Below, piece after piece: positions 1-10,487 of a stretch of DNA of 64,000 nt. How positions within the stretch are numbered: position 1 is the first letter of the stretch; the number at the start of each line of letters is the position of its first letter. The position numbers and the translations under genes were made by a program. Under the pieces are notes generated by a model. That model made no database searches. It was not told where the DNA came from and saw nothing but the letters and a program-made list of their open reading frames with translations. This DNA comes from Clostridia bacterium (GTDB lineage: Bacteria; Bacillota; Clostridia; UBA1381): assembly GCA_045580715.1 (NCBI GenBank), contig JAZNOH010000085.1:33585-97584 (forward strand). The letters run 5' to 3'.

Positions 1-80
1 GTATTTTCTCCCCTCCCTACAGACATCTCATTTCCAAAGGGTGTCTAACAAAAAATAATGAAAGGAGTCTTGGATGTGAG

Positions 81-740
81 ATGGATAATGTAGAACAATT
101 GGCGCAGATAAATTGGTGGTATGTAATTGCCGCCATGCTTCTTCTTCTTGTTGTTGTGAAATTTATTTGGTCTTTGTTTGATTGGTTGTTTGTTGAGAAG
201 CTTGGTATTGAAACCAAGAGAATGAAACAAAGACGACAAGAAAGCGAACAGTTAAAAGCTACTACTGAATTAGCGAAAACAACTGCCGAAAATTTAGATA
301 AACTTCAAAAAAGGCAGACAGAAGATGAAGAAGAATTTAGAAATAATTTAAATAATTATATGGAAGAAAGTCGAAAAGACCGCAAGGCTTTACACGATGA
401 AATGACGGTCTATTCTAATAATAGAATTAACGACAGACAACAAAGCCTCGAAATTCAAAAGGAATTAAAAGACTCAATTGCGGTAAGAGATGTACAAATC
501 AACTCTTTGGTTATTGCTAATAAAGAAATGTTAGCTGAAAAGATTAATGAAAAATATAAATATTATATTTCGATTAATGGCATCCCAGAAGACGAATACG
601 ATGAATTTGTAAGTCTGCATAAAGCGTATAAGGGCGTTGGTGGAAATTCGCATGGAGATGCGAAATTCCAATATTGCATGGAGCATCTTCCTATAATTCC
701 TGTTAACACAAAATTAGTGGTCAAGCACAAAAAAGATTAA
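81..740 (+). CDS. membrane-anchored coiled-coil protein, function unknown
   Basis: 219-aa ORF. Hydrophobic helix WWYVIAAMLLLLVVVKFIW near the N-terminus, then a charged coiled-coil-like segment. AAAGGAG lies upstream. First gene of the + strand structural block. Confidence 0.6.
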   Translation: MDNVEQLAQINWWYVIAAMLLLLVVVKFIWSLFDWLFVEKLGIETKRMKQRRQESEQLKATTELAKTTAENLDKLQKRQTEDEEEFRNNLNNYMEESRKDRKALHDEMTVYSNNRINDRQQSLEIQKELKDSIAVRDVQINSLVIANKEMLAEKINEKYKYYISINGIPEDEYDEFVSLHKAYKGVGGNSHGDAKFQYCMEHLPIIPVNTKLVVKHKKD

Positions 741-765
741 GCAACATTTAAGGTGGTGATTTATT

Positions 766-2016
766 ATGAGCTTACAATCTATTACGAATTTAAATGTTGA
801 TTTTTATGATAAAAAATATATATTAATTAACGCAAAGCAACTTGACAAAAATTCAAGATTTATTTCAGTTACTTGTTACAATCACGGCGAACCCTATCCT
901 ATTAATTCTGGTGAACATTCGGCATATATTAGATATAAAAAATCGGATGACCATAGTGTTTTTAATTTTTGCGAGATAAATTACCAAGGTAAGATAACAG
1001 TCGAGCTAACAGAGCAAATGCTCGCATCTGATGGAATTTGTTATGCAGATTTAGTGATAGTAAACAAAGGAAGTGCAAGCGTAAATACCGATACTGGTGA
1101 AATTGTTGCGATAGACAACGCATCAATTTTGTCTACTATGACATTTTGCATTGATGTGTCTGAAACGGCTGTTGTGAATTCCGAGATTGAATCTTCATAT
1201 GAATTTAGTGGTCTTAACGAAGCTTTAGAGAAGGCTGAGGCAGAATACACAGAAGTCATCTTAACGGCAAAATCTTACGCTGTTGGTGGCACTGATATGA
1301 GGGAGAATGAAGATGTTGACAACGCCAAGTATTATTATGAACAATCTCTCGAAAATGCAAATAATGCCGCTGCAAGCGAATTAAATGCTGCCAATAGTGC
1401 GACTGCCGCCGCGACAAGTGAAGCCAATGCTTTAACAAGCGCAGACAAAGCCGCCATAAGTGACATCAACGCATCGGTTAATGCTTTATCCGCTTCTGCT
1501 AGTGCTTCAAGCGCAGAAACAAGTGAAATTGCTGCAAAGGGTTATGCAACTACTGCTCAAAATAGTATGAACTCTGCTGTTAATAGCGCAACATCGGCTT
1601 CTACAAGTGCTGCAAATGCGTATAATTATTATCTTCAAACAGAGGCGATAACCAATGGTTTAAACGGAGCATTTCATCCAAAAGGCACATGTTCATTTGG
1701 TGAATTAATGAGCGCAATAACGAGTGGTGAACTTGTTTTAGCCGCAGGCGATTTATATCATATAAGCGACAATTTTGTAACAGATGAGTCGTTTAGATGT
1801 GGCGCTGGCGTTGAGTATCCTGCTGGTACAAATGTTTATTATACATCGGATGGTTGGCTTGATTGTCTAGTGGGAACTACTGTTGCAGGTGTTAAAGGCA
1901 ATAATGAAACGAGTTATAGAAATGGCAATGTCAATTTGACTGCCGATAATGTGGGTGCTATACCAACTACAGATATAGCCACTGTTGATGAAGTAACAAA
2001 TTATTTAGGAATATAA
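766..2016 (+). CDS. BppU-like baseplate/tail fibre protein
   Basis: N-terminus LNVDFYDKKYILINAKQLDKNSRFISVTCYNHGEPYP resembles the BppU_N baseplate upper protein domain. Long Ala/Ser/Asn-rich coiled coil. RBS AAGGTGGTGA. C-terminus ATVDEVTNYLGI is shared with the 1197-aa fibre. Confidence 0.7.
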   Translation: MSLQSITNLNVDFYDKKYILINAKQLDKNSRFISVTCYNHGEPYPINSGEHSAYIRYKKSDDHSVFNFCEINYQGKITVELTEQMLASDGICYADLVIVNKGSASVNTDTGEIVAIDNASILSTMTFCIDVSETAVVNSEIESSYEFSGLNEALEKAEAEYTEVILTAKSYAVGGTDMRENEDVDNAKYYYEQSLENANNAAASELNAANSATAAATSEANALTSADKAAISDINASVNALSASASASSAETSEIAAKGYATTAQNSMNSAVNSATSASTSAANAYNYYLQTEAITNGLNGAFHPKGTCSFGELMSAITSGELVLAAGDLYHISDNFVTDESFRCGAGVEYPAGTNVYYTSDGWLDCLVGTTVAGVKGNNETSYRNGNVNLTADNVGAIPTTDIATVDEVTNYLGI

Positions 2017-2035
2017 AGAAAGAGGTGATTTAGAA

Positions 2036-2737
2036 ATGTATGTAATACTTGTGAATGATGATGACACATTGTATGGCTCAAAAAAAGAGCGTATTATGGA
2101 GAAATCGAAGTGTGTAGACAACTTAGTTTTTATCGTTGACCCTATTTATAGAAGCACATATGATATGACGAGTGCGACTGTAATGCTAGAGTATTTGCGA
2201 CCTATCAGCCGCAAGTACGAAACCGAGCTTCTTACTTTGTCTGATGAGAGATATAACGGCTTCCTGCAATATAAATTACCTTTCGATACCAATTTAACTT
2301 CGGAGCACGGCAGTTTGGAGTTGCAGTTGACCTTTGTATATACAGACCTCGATGCAAATGGTAATGGTATTCAGAGAGTCAGAAAGACCTCTCCTACTAT
2401 TATAGAAATTATCCCCATATCGGCTTGGTCGAACATAATCCCCGATTCGGCGCTTTCAAGCCTTGACCAGCGTCTAATAAAGCTGGACTCGGAAATTCGA
2501 GCGCTTGACGAAATGAATCGGATTGTTGCCGATAGCAAGGCTGATAATCTTAGATATAATAAAGACACAAACGAACTACAATTGTTGTCTGGCGAGAAAG
2601 AAATTGGCAACAAAGTAACATTAAAAACTGGCGACGCATCGTTGGATGATGGCGTTCCCGTTGTTGATTTTAATAGTGTTTCAAGCGGCGATTCTTCTGA
2701 TGAAGATGATGACGATGGCAATGTAGTTGAATTTTAA
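2036..2737 (+). CDS. tail-associated protein, function unknown (acidic C-terminus)
   Basis: 233-aa ORF with RBS AGAGGTGA. Tightly packed between tail genes. Ends SSDEDDDDGNVVEF. Confidence 0.6.
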   Translation: MYVILVNDDDTLYGSKKERIMEKSKCVDNLVFIVDPIYRSTYDMTSATVMLEYLRPISRKYETELLTLSDERYNGFLQYKLPFDTNLTSEHGSLELQLTFVYTDLDANGNGIQRVRKTSPTIIEIIPISAWSNIIPDSALSSLDQRLIKLDSEIRALDEMNRIVADSKADNLRYNKDTNELQLLSGEKEIGNKVTLKTGDASLDDGVPVVDFNSVSSGDSSDEDDDDGNVVEF

Positions 2738-2772
2738 AAAATAATTAAATTAATTGAAAGGAGGACAAACCT

Positions 2773-5700
2773 ATGAGTTTATCATTCGAAGACTCTCTGA
2801 AAAATAGTGTTACGAACAATATTGCAACTACGGAAAACGAAATTATTGAAGCGGTTGCCGTAATGAGCGTAGACAATACAAGTATAGATAGTCCTTCAAT
2901 TATGACGCTTGATGAAAGTTATGGAATAGCCGCATATTCTGGCGATGATGGTAGTTGGCAGCAGCATGCTGATTATGTATATTATTCAACCTTCTCTGAT
3001 GACAACATTTCTACCATTAGCGATACAAAAGATATTAATCTTGATGGAAAACAGTTTAACATAACTCAAGAAGAAAACTCTCAGTACATACCATTTGAAA
3101 TGTCGAGATACTATGACGGCTATGATTTGGTTAACGCTGTTATTTCTATTCATTATGAGACCAAGAGTGGACGACACGGTGCTTCCAAACCGATAAATGT
3201 AACCTTTAATAATGAAAAGATTAGATTTGGTTGGTTGGTTGATGCTGGTGCTACTCTTGATGCTGGAAAGCTTAAATTTGAAATTCATGCATACGGTACT
3301 GTAACGGGCAATGATGGAGTTTCTTTAAGTTATGTTTGGAAGAGTAAGAGCAATGATACTTTGAATGTACTTCAATCATTGTGCGATTGTGAAGAAGTGG
3401 TCAATAATATAGACGATACTTGGATACAGGAGTTGGTTACAGATGTTGCCGAAAAGGTTGCAGATGAGATTAAAAATGTTGCCGTTGGCGAACAAGTAAC
3501 GGCTGCTGAAAATGCTGCTGCTTCTGCTAAACAATCTGCTAACGATGCAAAACAATATGCAGAAAATGCGTCTACGGCTGCTACCGAAGAAGTTAATAAG
3601 GTTCTTGAAAATTACGCTACAACGAGTTATGTTGATGAAGCAGTTGCTGGTGTTGATGTTACGGAACAGTTGGCGAGTTATGTACGAACATCTGATTTGG
3701 AAACCAATTATTATACAAAGACTGATACTGAGCAAAGAATTTCAAGCGCCCTTGAAACTTACGCTACTACCCAATATGTAGACAACGCTATTGCAGATGC
3801 CGACATTTCTGGCAAGCTTGAAAATTATTATACAAAAGATGAGACTTATAACAAAACAGAAATAGATACTGCTCTTGCTAATGTAAGTGTTGATTTAACT
3901 GGTTATGCTACAGAAAAATATGTAGACGACAAGGCTGCCACCCTCTCTTCTTCTATTTCTACTAATACAGAGAATATTTCTTCTTTGGGCACGACGGTTA
4001 GCAACTTACAAAGCACTGTTAACTCTATAGACACCTCTCCTCGTCTTACTTATGATGTAGAATATAATGATGCAGAAAATCCTGATGTTGGAGAGAATGT
4101 TTTTGTTTTCTATGAAATTGAAAATGAAGGCGCGGAAAATGAAGTAAAAGAAGCTAAAAAGAAGTTCACTATTGTTGGTGGTTCAGGTGGAGGGGCTACA
4201 AGTAGTTCGTTGAAGATTGGCTATGTGACCACTTCTCCCCTTGTTGTTACAACAAACGACGAAGCAATTATTAAATATACTTTTTCTGGTACCGACTCTT
4301 CTGGTGATGCCGTGCCCGAAGGAACCGCGACTTGGAAAGTGGCTGGCAGAATTGTTGCAACAAACACCGCTCTTGCTGGTGAGAACTCTTTCGATGTTAC
4401 GGAATATCTTTCTGTTGGCACTCAAAAGGTTAACTTGTCTATTGTTGACGAAGCTGGTAGTTTGGTCACAAAAACTTGGACTGTGCAAAAAATTGATGTA
4501 AGACTTGAATCTACCTTTAATGACAAGTTGACTTATCCTATTGGAACCATATCTTTTGATTACACGCCTTATGGTGCTATTTCAAAGGTTGTTCATTTTG
4601 TTCTTGATGGTGTAGAAATTGGTACTGTTACCACCTCTTCTTCGGGTATCCCAATGGCATATGAAATTCCCACACAAGAACATGGTGCCCACTTGTTAGA
4701 GGTCTATATGACTGCTGAAATTAATGGTAATGCGATTGAGTCAAATCATATCGTGAAAGATATTATCTGGTATGATTCTGCGAGTGCCATTCCTGTAATT
4801 AGTACAGTATATCAGAATTTTACTGCAAGACAGTATGATGCCACTAATATTGAATATACCGTATATGACCCCACCACGGAAACTCCCACCGTGGAAATTG
4901 CCATAGATGGAAATGTTGTATCGACACCTACGCTTGATAAGGCTACGAATGTGTATTCATTTAAGACGGATGTTGTTGGTGAACATACTATCACCATTAC
5001 TTGCGGTGAGACTGTCAAGACCCTGATTGCCAATATTACAAAACTTGATATAAATATTACTCCCGTTACTGCTGGTTTAGTATTTGATTTTAATCCTTCT
5101 GGTAAATCAAATAATGATGCTGACAGAGTTTGGTCTAATGACACAGTTGCTATGACTGTATCTGATAACTTTGACTGGGTTAATGGTGGTTATCAGTATG
5201 ACGAAAATGGAGACCAGTATTTCTGTATTAAGGCTGGCACTTTTGCAACCATTGATTATCAATTGTTCGCAGACGACGCTAAGAAGAATGGTAAAGAAAT
5301 GAAGTTGGTGTTTAAGACAACCAATGTTGCAAAACCCGACGCCACATTCCTGTCTTGTATGGACAACACAACTGATTCTGACCATATTGGTATTCAGATG
5401 GATGTTCACGAAGCATTCATTTATGGTCAAGCTGGTAAGTTAGACCTCTCTTATTCTGAAGAAGATATTATTGAATTCGAGTTTAATATCTCTAAGAATA
5501 CAGAAGCAATTCCTATGGTAATGGGTTATGAGGATGGTGTTTCTACTCGTCCTATGGTCTACGACGACTCTTACAACTTTACACAGAATACACCTAAAGT
5601 TATATCTTTGGGTTCTGATTACTGTGATTTACATATATACAGGTTTAAGGTTTATAATACCTCTCTTACCGACAGAGGCATTTTGAATAACTTTATTGCC

Positions 5701-8700
5701 GATGCTCGTAATGCAGAGGAAATGGTTTCTCGTTATGACCGAAATCAGATTTATGACGAAAACCAGAATCTTGACCCCGATGTTCTCGCTGAGAAATGTC
5801 CTTGGTTGAGAGTGTATAAGATTTCTGCCCCCTACTTTACGAACAATAAGAGCGACAAAGTGCCGAATACTACCATTCAGCAGATTTATAAGAATGGCGA
5901 TGTTGTTTTGGACAACTGGACTTGTTACAATGCTCAGCATAGCGGACAAGGTACCTCCTCTAACAACTACGGTGCTGCTGGTAGAAATCTTGACTTTATT
6001 ATGAATAAGTCTGGCATTGACGGTGTAAACCCCTATTTCAAGTTGGGTGACGGAACCGAAGCAAGTGAGATTACTCTGACACGCACCTCTGTTCCCGTGG
6101 CTTATTTAAATGCAAAAGTCAATATTGCTTCGTCTAATAACTTGACAAATGCAATGTTGGCTAATAGATATAATGAGTTTAACCCCTACAACAGACCTTT
6201 TGTGCGTGACGAGGGCGTTGATACGAGCTTCATTAAAGATACTATGGAATTCCATAACTGTGTAATCTTTATTCAAGAAACTAATGAGGATTTGTCTACT
6301 CATAGAGAGTTTGCCGATAATGATTGGCATTTCTATGCAATCGGTAACATAGGCGACTCAAAGAAAACTGATAATACTCGTTTAACAGATATGAACGATA
6401 AGTATGAATGTTGTGTTGAAATTATGGATGTTGAGTTGCCACTGTCTGACTTTCCCATTGATACAATGTATAATGCAATGGGTTACAAGGAAGATGAGAC
6501 TACGCATGAAAAGAAATATATTTGGGTAAAGAATGAAAATCTAGGAATTCTTTATGAAAAGATTGACGGTGAGTATGTCTTAACTACAGATACCGAGGTT
6601 GATTTAACTAAAACTTATTATGTGGATATTCTTGAACACGATGATTTTAGCGAAGATTATACTTATGGTTGGCGTTATCTTTATGAAGGTGATGACGAAG
6701 AGGAAAATGCTGAAGTATTTGATTACTGTAAACAAAAGTGGATTGAACTTTATAGATTTATAACTACTTCTACCGATGAAGAGTTCAAGAATAGATTTGA
6801 TGAGTATTTTGTAAAAGACACTGCTCTCTACTATTACTTGTTTACCACAAGATATTGTATGGCGGATAACAGAGCCAAGAATTGTTTTATACATTATAGC
6901 AAGACTGGAGAAGTTGATGCTGAAGGTAATCCTATTCGCAAGTGGGATTTATCTTGGGGTTATGATATGGATACCAGCTTGGGTCTTAACAATTACGGTA
7001 AACAAGTCTATCGTTATGGTCTCGAAGATACCGATGTTGACGAAAAGGGCGAGGAAGTGTTTAGAGAATCTGATAGTACATTCTTCTGTCGTGTAAGAGA
7101 CCTCTTCCCTGCCGAACTCAAAGCAATGTACAACACTCTTGAGTCTAAGAATGCTTGGCATGCTGAAAGTTTTATCAACAAAGCAGATGAATGGCAGAGT
7201 CAATTCCCCGAAGAATTATGGCGAGTAGATATTGAGCGTAAGTACATTCGTACCTATAACGGCTCCTTTATTAATGGTAAAGGTGATGCTCAGTTCCTTG
7301 TAAATATGGCGAATGGTAAGATGAAATACCATCGTAGACAATGGGAGCGTAGCCAAGAAAAGTATATGGCTTCAAAATATCAATCTTCTATTGCTTCTTC
7401 TGACAACTCCGTATTTAGATGTAGTGTGCCCAATGGTGACTTGGTGGTTCAACCTAATTATAGATTAAAACTTACGCCTTATGCGTATATGTACTTGAAT
7501 GTTAAGTATGGCACACAAAATCCAATTCAATTAAGAGCAGAACCCAATATCGAATACGAAATCCCATTTGATGGCGAAAAAGCTGATATTGTAGATGTTT
7601 ACAGTTCTTCTCTTATTCAAGACTTTGGTGATTTGTCATCTTGTTATGTGGCGACTGCTGATACAAGTAAGGCAAGCAAGGTTAAGAGGTTGATTTTTGG
7701 TAATAGCACTGAAGGCTATGATAACCCCAACTTTACTACTTTGACAACTGGTGCAAACTATCTGTTAGAGGAATTAAATATCGAGAATGTTTCTGGATTA
7801 ACACAGTCTTTGAATTTAAGCGCATTGAATAATTTGCGTGAGTTATATGCTCATGGTTCTAACATTGGCGGTGTTACATTTGCCGATGGTGGCAAGATTG
7901 AAATTGCCGAATTGCCCGCAATTAACGCTCTTACCATGAAGAATTTGATGTATCTTGCAACACTTGACATTACGGACTTGAGTAAGCTAACTACGCTCAC
8001 AGTTGAGAATTGTGACACCGTTGACTTACTTACTATTTTAAATAATGCGCCCAACATTAATCGTGTAAGGATTGTTGGCATTGATTGGTCGCTTGAAGAT
8101 ACCGCTCTCTTAGAGAGATTATATGCAATGAAGGGTATTGATAGGAATGGTTATAATGCCGACCAGTCTGTATTAACTGGCAGGGTTCATGTGCCTGTTA
8201 TTAGACAGCAGCAATTGTATGATTATCAGAATGCATGGTCTGATTTGGAGATTGTGGCAGATACCATTATTGAACAGTTCGCAGTAACATTTATGAATGC
8301 TGATGGCTCTGTTTTGGAAGTTCAATATGTTGATAAGGGTGAGGATGCTGTTGACCCAACTACAAGGACAGATAACCCTCTCTCCCCCACTATTGCAAGT
8401 ACGGTTGAATATGATTTTACTTTTGCTGGTTGGGATTCTGCTTTGACGGATGTATTCAGTGAAAGAACTATCACGGCTATTTATACTGAGTCGCTTAGAA
8501 GTTATACAATTAAGTATGTTTCCAAGGGTATTACGATGCAAGAGACTACTGGTTTATATGGCGAAAATGTGCCTTATACTGGCGTAAGTCCTACTTATAC
8601 TGCGGAAGAAACTGGTTATGTCTACTATCTCTTTAATCGTTGGGATAAGTCTGGGTTTATCGACGGAGACAAGACTGTTAACGCAATATTCGATAAATTC

Positions 8701-9921
8701 ACATATACTGCAACCGCTTTTGACGGCAAAGAATTAGCAGACCTCTCCCCCGTTGAGATTTATGCCATGAATAAACTTGGGCTTGCCGAAAGTATCGTTA
8801 CAGATAAAGACCCATACACGATTGTTGTAGGTAACGATGTTGATTATGATGATATTGAATCCGAGTTGTTAATTTCTGAAAAGACATATTTCAATGGCTC
8901 TAATTATGTTGATACTGGTATTCAGTTATTTGATACGGATAAAGATTTTGTACTGGCTATGGACTATGAGTTTTTAGATGGCAATACTACAAATGGCGTT
9001 CTTGCACAGTGTTTCCAAGCAAATGGAACCAATGGCTTTAAACTTTGGTATAGCGGCGGTGTAAGGTTTACTTGGGGTACTTCATATGATGACATTGTTG
9101 ATATCAATAAGCGTGAGATTTTGGTTATTCGTCATGTGAAGGGTGATAACAACTTGTATATCTACAAATCTAATCTTGATGGCGATGAAGTTTTGTCTAC
9201 TGAATTGACAAGAACTAAGTCTACCGTTGGTACTGGCACCCTTGTATTTGGTTGTGCAAGAGCGGATGATGGAATCTACGAAAACTATGGCATTGGCAAC
9301 ATTAACTGGGCTAAGGTATGGTATGCAGACCTTGGGGAAGATGTTTGTAAAAACCTTGCTATGTGGACGCACGAATCTATTACATTGGAGGCTTGTGGAT
9401 TTAGGAAGTATTATTTGAGCGACAATACATCTAAGAGATGTTCATTTAGTTTACTCGCTTCTCACTTATTAGGTAGAACTAAGAGATGGAATGCGTCTAA
9501 TACTAACGCTGGTGGCTGGGCTAATTCCGAATTAAACAATGCTTTGAATACAAGATTGTATAATGCTATGCCCACTCAGATTAGAGAACTGCTTAAGAAA
9601 GTGATTGTTTATTCTTCGGTTGGTCAGATGTCTACCGAGTTAAGTTCCTCTGATTGTTATATTACAATCCCAGCGCTTATTGAAGTAGACCCAACTCAAA
9701 CATCGGAACCTTACAACAGTGAGGGTACTTCTATCTCTTATTTGAGCACAAATGATTCGAGAAAACGAGCATTTGATGGTGGAGATTACAATGCTTATTG
9801 GTTGCGTACACCTAATGTTTCTTATGCGAATTATATTTGGCGTATAGAAACCGATGGTCAAACACAAGGAATTACCAATGCCACGAGTAGCTTGGGTGTA
9901 CTTATTGAAATATCGTTTTAA
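2773..9921 (+). CDS. giant multidomain tail/receptor-binding protein (BppU-like N-term, coiled coil, Ig-like region, CotH-like domain, LRR, Listeria-Bacteroides repeats, LamG-like, DUF6273-like C-term)
   Basis: Uninterrupted 2382-aa ORF with RBS AAAGGAGGA. CotH-like motifs ADNRAKNCFIHY and RKWDLSWGYDMDTSLG (about 6865-6990). LRR-like LxxLxL run (about 7600-8100). Two FAVTF/YTIKY...GW repeats (about 8270-8700). C-terminal GGWANSELN...YWLRTP motif. Confidence 0.85.
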   Translation: MSLSFEDSLKNSVTNNIATTENEIIEAVAVMSVDNTSIDSPSIMTLDESYGIAAYSGDDGSWQQHADYVYYSTFSDDNISTISDTKDINLDGKQFNITQEENSQYIPFEMSRYYDGYDLVNAVISIHYETKSGRHGASKPINVTFNNEKIRFGWLVDAGATLDAGKLKFEIHAYGTVTGNDGVSLSYVWKSKSNDTLNVLQSLCDCEEVVNNIDDTWIQELVTDVAEKVADEIKNVAVGEQVTAAENAAASAKQSANDAKQYAENASTAATEEVNKVLENYATTSYVDEAVAGVDVTEQLASYVRTSDLETNYYTKTDTEQRISSALETYATTQYVDNAIADADISGKLENYYTKDETYNKTEIDTALANVSVDLTGYATEKYVDDKAATLSSSISTNTENISSLGTTVSNLQSTVNSIDTSPRLTYDVEYNDAENPDVGENVFVFYEIENEGAENEVKEAKKKFTIVGGSGGGATSSSLKIGYVTTSPLVVTTNDEAIIKYTFSGTDSSGDAVPEGTATWKVAGRIVATNTALAGENSFDVTEYLSVGTQKVNLSIVDEAGSLVTKTWTVQKIDVRLESTFNDKLTYPIGTISFDYTPYGAISKVVHFVLDGVEIGTVTTSSSGIPMAYEIPTQEHGAHLLEVYMTAEINGNAIESNHIVKDIIWYDSASAIPVISTVYQNFTARQYDATNIEYTVYDPTTETPTVEIAIDGNVVSTPTLDKATNVYSFKTDVVGEHTITITCGETVKTLIANITKLDINITPVTAGLVFDFNPSGKSNNDADRVWSNDTVAMTVSDNFDWVNGGYQYDENGDQYFCIKAGTFATIDYQLFADDAKKNGKEMKLVFKTTNVAKPDATFLSCMDNTTDSDHIGIQMDVHEAFIYGQAGKLDLSYSEEDIIEFEFNISKNTEAIPMVMGYEDGVSTRPMVYDDSYNFTQNTPKVISLGSDYCDLHIYRFKVYNTSLTDRGILNNFIADARNAEEMVSRYDRNQIYDENQNLDPDVLAEKCPWLRVYKISAPYFTNNKSDKVPNTTIQQIYKNGDVVLDNWTCYNAQHSGQGTSSNNYGAAGRNLDFIMNKSGIDGVNPYFKLGDGTEASEITLTRTSVPVAYLNAKVNIASSNNLTNAMLANRYNEFNPYNRPFVRDEGVDTSFIKDTMEFHNCVIFIQETNEDLSTHREFADNDWHFYAIGNIGDSKKTDNTRLTDMNDKYECCVEIMDVELPLSDFPIDTMYNAMGYKEDETTHEKKYIWVKNENLGILYEKIDGEYVLTTDTEVDLTKTYYVDILEHDDFSEDYTYGWRYLYEGDDEEENAEVFDYCKQKWIELYRFITTSTDEEFKNRFDEYFVKDTALYYYLFTTRYCMADNRAKNCFIHYSKTGEVDAEGNPIRKWDLSWGYDMDTSLGLNNYGKQVYRYGLEDTDVDEKGEEVFRESDSTFFCRVRDLFPAELKAMYNTLESKNAWHAESFINKADEWQSQFPEELWRVDIERKYIRTYNGSFINGKGDAQFLVNMANGKMKYHRRQWERSQEKYMASKYQSSIASSDNSVFRCSVPNGDLVVQPNYRLKLTPYAYMYLNVKYGTQNPIQLRAEPNIEYEIPFDGEKADIVDVYSSSLIQDFGDLSSCYVATADTSKASKVKRLIFGNSTEGYDNPNFTTLTTGANYLLEELNIENVSGLTQSLNLSALNNLRELYAHGSNIGGVTFADGGKIEIAELPAINALTMKNLMYLATLDITDLSKLTTLTVENCDTVDLLTILNNAPNINRVRIVGIDWSLEDTALLERLYAMKGIDRNGYNADQSVLTGRVHVPVIRQQQLYDYQNAWSDLEIVADTIIEQFAVTFMNADGSVLEVQYVDKGEDAVDPTTRTDNPLSPTIASTVEYDFTFAGWDSALTDVFSERTITAIYTESLRSYTIKYVSKGITMQETTGLYGENVPYTGVSPTYTAEETGYVYYLFNRWDKSGFIDGDKTVNAIFDKFTYTATAFDGKELADLSPVEIYAMNKLGLAESIVTDKDPYTIVVGNDVDYDDIESELLISEKTYFNGSNYVDTGIQLFDTDKDFVLAMDYEFLDGNTTNGVLAQCFQANGTNGFKLWYSGGVRFTWGTSYDDIVDINKREILVIRHVKGDNNLYIYKSNLDGDEVLSTELTRTKSTVGTGTLVFGCARADDGIYENYGIGNINWAKVWYADLGEDVCKNLAMWTHESITLEACGFRKYYLSDNTSKRCSFSLLASHLLGRTKRWNASNTNAGGWANSELNNALNTRLYNAMPTQIRELLKKVIVYSSVGQMSTELSSSDCYITIPALIEVDPTQTSEPYNSEGTSISYLSTNDSRKRAFDGGDYNAYWLRTPNVSYANYIWRIETDGQTQGITNATSSLGVLIEISF

Positions 9922-9926
9922 ATTAT

Positions 9927-9959
9927 AGAGGGCTTGGGGTATTCCCCCGCCCTCTTTTT
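9927..9959 (+). terminator. rho-independent terminator after giant tail gene
   Basis: AGAGGGC-TT-GGGG tatt CCCC-C-GCCCTCT followed by TTTTT. Confidence 0.8.
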
Positions 9960-9972
9960 GTGAGGTAAATAT

Positions 9973-10293
9973 ATGTATTATAAAGTAATTAAAAATAATA
10001 AGGTAATTGATGTGCTTGATAGTCTCACTTATTTGAAATGGCAACCAAAGCATAAAACGATGATTTTAAGTGATGAAAATGAAGCTCAGGCAATCCTTTC
10101 TTCTGATAAAAACACCATTTGGCATGAACGCACTCTTTATAAAATACCCATTGATGAGCCTAAATATGATACCGTGGATTTGGTTGAGATTGGTGAGTAT
10201 GAGTATAAACAGTTAAGAGTTCTCAATATGAAGACACCAGAGCAGATAGTTGATGAGTATAATTTGCTGTTGTTAGAAATGGGGGTTATATAA
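9973..10293 (+). CDS. hypothetical protein (XkdW-like position)
   Basis: 106-aa ORF with RBS GAGGTAAATATATG. Its stop overlaps the start of the XkdX-like ORF (TAATG). Confidence 0.6.
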   Translation: MYYKVIKNNKVIDVLDSLTYLKWQPKHKTMILSDENEAQAILSSDKNTIWHERTLYKIPIDEPKYDTVDLVEIGEYEYKQLRVLNMKTPEQIVDEYNLLLLEMGVI

Positions 10294-10424
10294 TGAATCA
10301 GTTTGTCGAATCTATGAAGCGTTTGTATAAAGATGGGAAAGTTAATAAAGAAAAGATAGTTGAATTATTTGTAAGTGGAAAAATTAGCGAAGAAGAAAAG
10401 TTGTATATCTTGGAAGTTAAGTAA
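10293..10424 (+). CDS. XkdX-like small phage protein (43 aa, below ORF-track cutoff)
   Basis: Own translation: MNQFVESMKRLYKDGKVNKEKIVELFVSGKISEEEKLYILEVK. This matches the XkdX family pattern (...Y..G....e.v..lV.kGkIt.eeY..It). Its ATG overlaps the upstream stop. Confidence 0.6.
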   Translation: MNQFVESMKRLYKDGKVNKEKIVELFVSGKISEEEKLYILEVK

Positions 10425-10487
10425 GCACTCTAATATCCTATTAGGGTTTTATATATAAAAAATTTTATTAAAAGGAGGAAAAGGAGT

